48,627 bases of DNA. Origin: Yoonia sp. (GTDB lineage: Archaea; Thermoplasmatota; Poseidoniia; Poseidoniales; Poseidoniaceae). Position numbers and translations under genes: made by a program. Where the stretch lies: NCBI GenBank assembly GCA_964230945.1, contig CAXRJJ010000052.1:1-48627 (forward strand), read 5' to 3'. Positions 46,569-48,627 of the stretch are shown here, in pieces (position 1 is the first letter of the stretch; each line of letters opens with the position of its first letter). The notes under the pieces were generated by a model. It made no database searches. It saw only the letters and a list, made by a program, of their open reading frames with translations, and had not been told where the DNA came from.

Positions 46569-47687
46569 ATGTCGTGGACCTCATTGGAGGAGTCATTTAT
46601 GACTCGAGCCATAGAAGTAGCAGAAAGAGGCCGTGGAAGGGTTAGGCCAAACCCATTGGTAGGTTGTGTCCTTGTCAAGGATGATCAGATAATCGCCGAA
46701 GGCTGGCACGACCACCTTGGTGGCTTACACGCTGAGCAGATGGCCATACACGACGCCGAAGAGAGAGGTCACTCTCCAAATGGCAGCACGGCATATGTCA
46801 CACTCGAACCATGTAATCACTTTGGTAGAACTCCACCATGCACTGAATCGCTAATGTGGGCAGGGGTCAAGGAAGTCATTGTTGCACATAGAGATCCTAA
46901 CCCCAAGGTTAGGGGTTCTGGAATTTCAGTTCTAGAGAAGGCGGGGATATCGGTACGATATGGGTTGATGGAAGAACAAGCAGCCCATCAAATGCAATCC
47001 TTTCTCCATTGGTGTGAACACATGAGACCTATGGTGACTTTCAAGGTTGCAGTAGATGCCAACAATTGCGTAGATGACTTATCGGTTGAATCAAAGAGAT
47101 TTACTTCGGATGTTTCTTTGGACAATGTTCACCACCTCCGAAATGAAATGGATGCAGTAATCGTCGGTGTTGGAACTGTAGTCAGAGACGACCCACGTCT
47201 TGATGTAAGGAGGGTACAAGTTGGGCATGGCGGTCAACCGCTTAGAGTGGTATTGGACAGTATGGCAAGTATTCCACCAGAATCCAATCTATTGAATGAT
47301 GGGGGAAAGACGTTGGTTTTCCATGGCACTGAAATGCAAGCGCCGTGGGCAATCAAGAGAGCGCTGAATGATGGCATTATCAATCTCAAAGGCGTTATGG
47401 ATTATCTCGGAGATATGGATTTCCAAGAGGTCTTATTGGAAGGTGGCCCAACTACTGCGCGCCTATTCCTTGCTGCTGGATTAGTTGACAGAGTCATCCA
47501 TATCCAGGCTGATGTAGAATTTACCGATGGTGTTCCTCTAGGAATCACTTCAGATGACTTTGTGGAGTCGGGCTTACAGATGGTCAAAGAAATGAATTGG
47601 GGGGGAGATTCTGTCCAATGCTGGAGTAGAGACGGGCTGCCTTGGCCTAGTGATAATTGGCCGCTAACTGGGATTGTTGAAGAGTGA
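46569..47687 (+). CDS. ribD: Bifunctional riboflavin deaminase/reductase RibD
   Basis: PNPLVGCV, HAE, VTLEPCNHFGRTPPC, GVGTV..DDP.L, LLEGG. Confidence 0.95.
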   Translation: MSWTSLEESFMTRAIEVAERGRGRVRPNPLVGCVLVKDDQIIAEGWHDHLGGLHAEQMAIHDAEERGHSPNGSTAYVTLEPCNHFGRTPPCTESLMWAGVKEVIVAHRDPNPKVRGSGISVLEKAGISVRYGLMEEQAAHQMQSFLHWCEHMRPMVTFKVAVDANNCVDDLSVESKRFTSDVSLDNVHHLRNEMDAVIVGVGTVVRDDPRLDVRRVQVGHGGQPLRVVLDSMASIPPESNLLNDGGKTLVFHGTEMQAPWAIKRALNDGIINLKGVMDYLGDMDFQEVLLEGGPTTARLFLAAGLVDRVIHIQADVEFTDGVPLGITSDDFVESGLQMVKEMNWGGDSVQCWSRDGLPWPSDNWPLTGIVEE

Positions 47688-47718
47688 TGACTCAAGTCAA
47701 ATCTTCAATTTCCTTAGG

Positions 47719-48429
47719 TCATTTATCCACAAAGAATAGTGCTGCACCAAGACTGGACATATAGAACCCGAAACCTAGGAAATCGATTAAACTGAAACTA
47801 CCAAATTCCCCAGCATCAACTGTTCCCAAAAATGCACTAACCATTAGGACACCGAAGTAACTAACATGAAGAATTCCCATCAATTTTGGGCTCTTTTTCA
47901 TGAGTAACAATATTCCTGAAATTATAGCCGACAACAGATAGATGAAAGGAGAGATTCCAAACATTATCGCTGCGACCACCATCATGATACCCGTGAATCC
48001 TAAATCTGCATCATCTGATTCATCTAGATCATCGACTCCTGAATCTCCTCCACTAAAATCATCCATTATTTCTGCAACAGCCCCCATTATCTCAAAGCCA
48101 CTAACTGAAAATGGACCCAAAGCGATGAATGGAAGAACCAATCCAAGTACAATCAACCCCACTCCTATCCAAGGGACAACACGTTTCCCACCTGAATCTT
48201 CACTCATTATGATGTGCTGTTGAGGGAAGCCAAATGCTTGGTTCTGAACATTACCTTGCATGACTTGTTGTCCACCGTACATCTGTTGCTGCATTTGCGG
48301 TTGTTGCATCTGTGGTTGCTGCATTTGCGGTTGTTGCATCTGTGGTTGCTGCACAATTAGTTGCTGTTGTTGAACCGGCACCCACGTGCTCCCGTTCCAC
48401 ATGAATTGTCCGTCTTCACTCAATTGCAT
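47719..48429 (-). CDS. Membrane protein with N-terminal SEDGQFMWNG..W module and QQPQM repeats
   Basis: N-terminal module shared with 13469..14944. About 4 TM segments. Confidence 0.8.
   Translation of the reverse strand: MQLSEDGQFMWNGSTWVPVQQQQLIVQQPQMQQPQMQQPQMQQPQMQQQMYGGQQVMQGNVQNQAFGFPQQHIIMSEDSGGKRVVPWIGVGLIVLGLVLPFIALGPFSVSGFEIMGAVAEIMDDFSGGDSGVDDLDESDDADLGFTGIMMVVAAIMFGISPFIYLLSAIISGILLLMKKSPKLMGILHVSYFGVLMVSAFLGTVDAGEFGSFSLIDFLGFGFYMSSLGAALFFVDK
48285..48353. repeat. Tandem repeat (30-bp unit, about 2.3 copies) encoding QQPQM
   Basis: GTTGCTGCATTTGCGGTTGTTGCATCTGTG at 48285-48314 and 48315-48344. Confidence 0.85.
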
Positions 48430-48518
48430 GATTCGGGGTTTCTATCACAGTATTTGACCTATTTGGATGGAATTAGCGATAATTGTATGTCCACTAATTT
48501 CAGCGCCAATCATTCAAG

Positions 48519-48592
48519 CGGGCAATGCAGGATTCGAACCCACGTCTCCGGCTCCGAAGGCCGGAAGGATATCCAGACTACCCTAATTGCCC
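48519..48592 (-). tRNA. tRNA-Arg(TCG)
   Basis: Acceptor GGGCAAT/ATTGCCC plus G73, anticodon arm CCGGC-CTTCGGA-GCCGG, T loop TTCGAAT. CCA not encoded. Confidence 0.95.
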
Positions 48593-48627
48593 ATTTGCCC
48601 TCGCCCCCATCCCGCCCTTTGAAAGCA

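Noticed and set aside
48285-48353. CRISPR-like repeat
   Set aside because: The units are contiguous with no spacers and lie in frame within a CDS (QQPQM).

Overview
A gene-dense (roughly 45% GC by eye) archaeal chromosomal segment. The archaeal information-processing genes (EF-1A, uS10, eS8, SRP19, Sec61beta, GINS, family-B DNA polymerase with a PIP box, XerA, Lrp, PUA, NOP2-type methyltransferase), the bacterial-type metabolic genes (AtuA, IlvE, RimK, RibD), an A1-type heme-copper oxidase operon and many acidic secreted or membrane proteins point to Marine Group II (Poseidoniales, Thermoplasmatota). That assignment is an inference from gene content. Three tRNA genes are present (Leu-CAA, Ser-TGA, Arg-TCG). 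No CRISPR array, IS element or prophage is evident. The most unusual items are: (1) an apparent two-gene operon pairing a membrane-anchored SAP-domain protein with a small protein carrying only a ParB-type LGRGL peptide, close to XerA and a histone-H1-like protein, which is a candidate chromosome-tethering system; (2) a cytochrome oxidase locus with extra modules in CoxA, CoxB, CoxC and Sco (Reeler-like CxCH domain on subunit I, about 94-aa insert in subunit II, His-rich loop on subunit III, Sco split by a DUF4430-like domain and a 16-His tract); (3) a RimK-RCK_C fusion; (4) a degenerate duplicate of the tRNA-Leu 3' end with an anti-T-arm inverted repeat; (5) a shared non-canonical promoter motif TTGAWATAGKGATG; (6) a PS/PW variant of the archaeosortase-type C-terminal signal. 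Family calls come from motif recognition by eye. No database searches were run.
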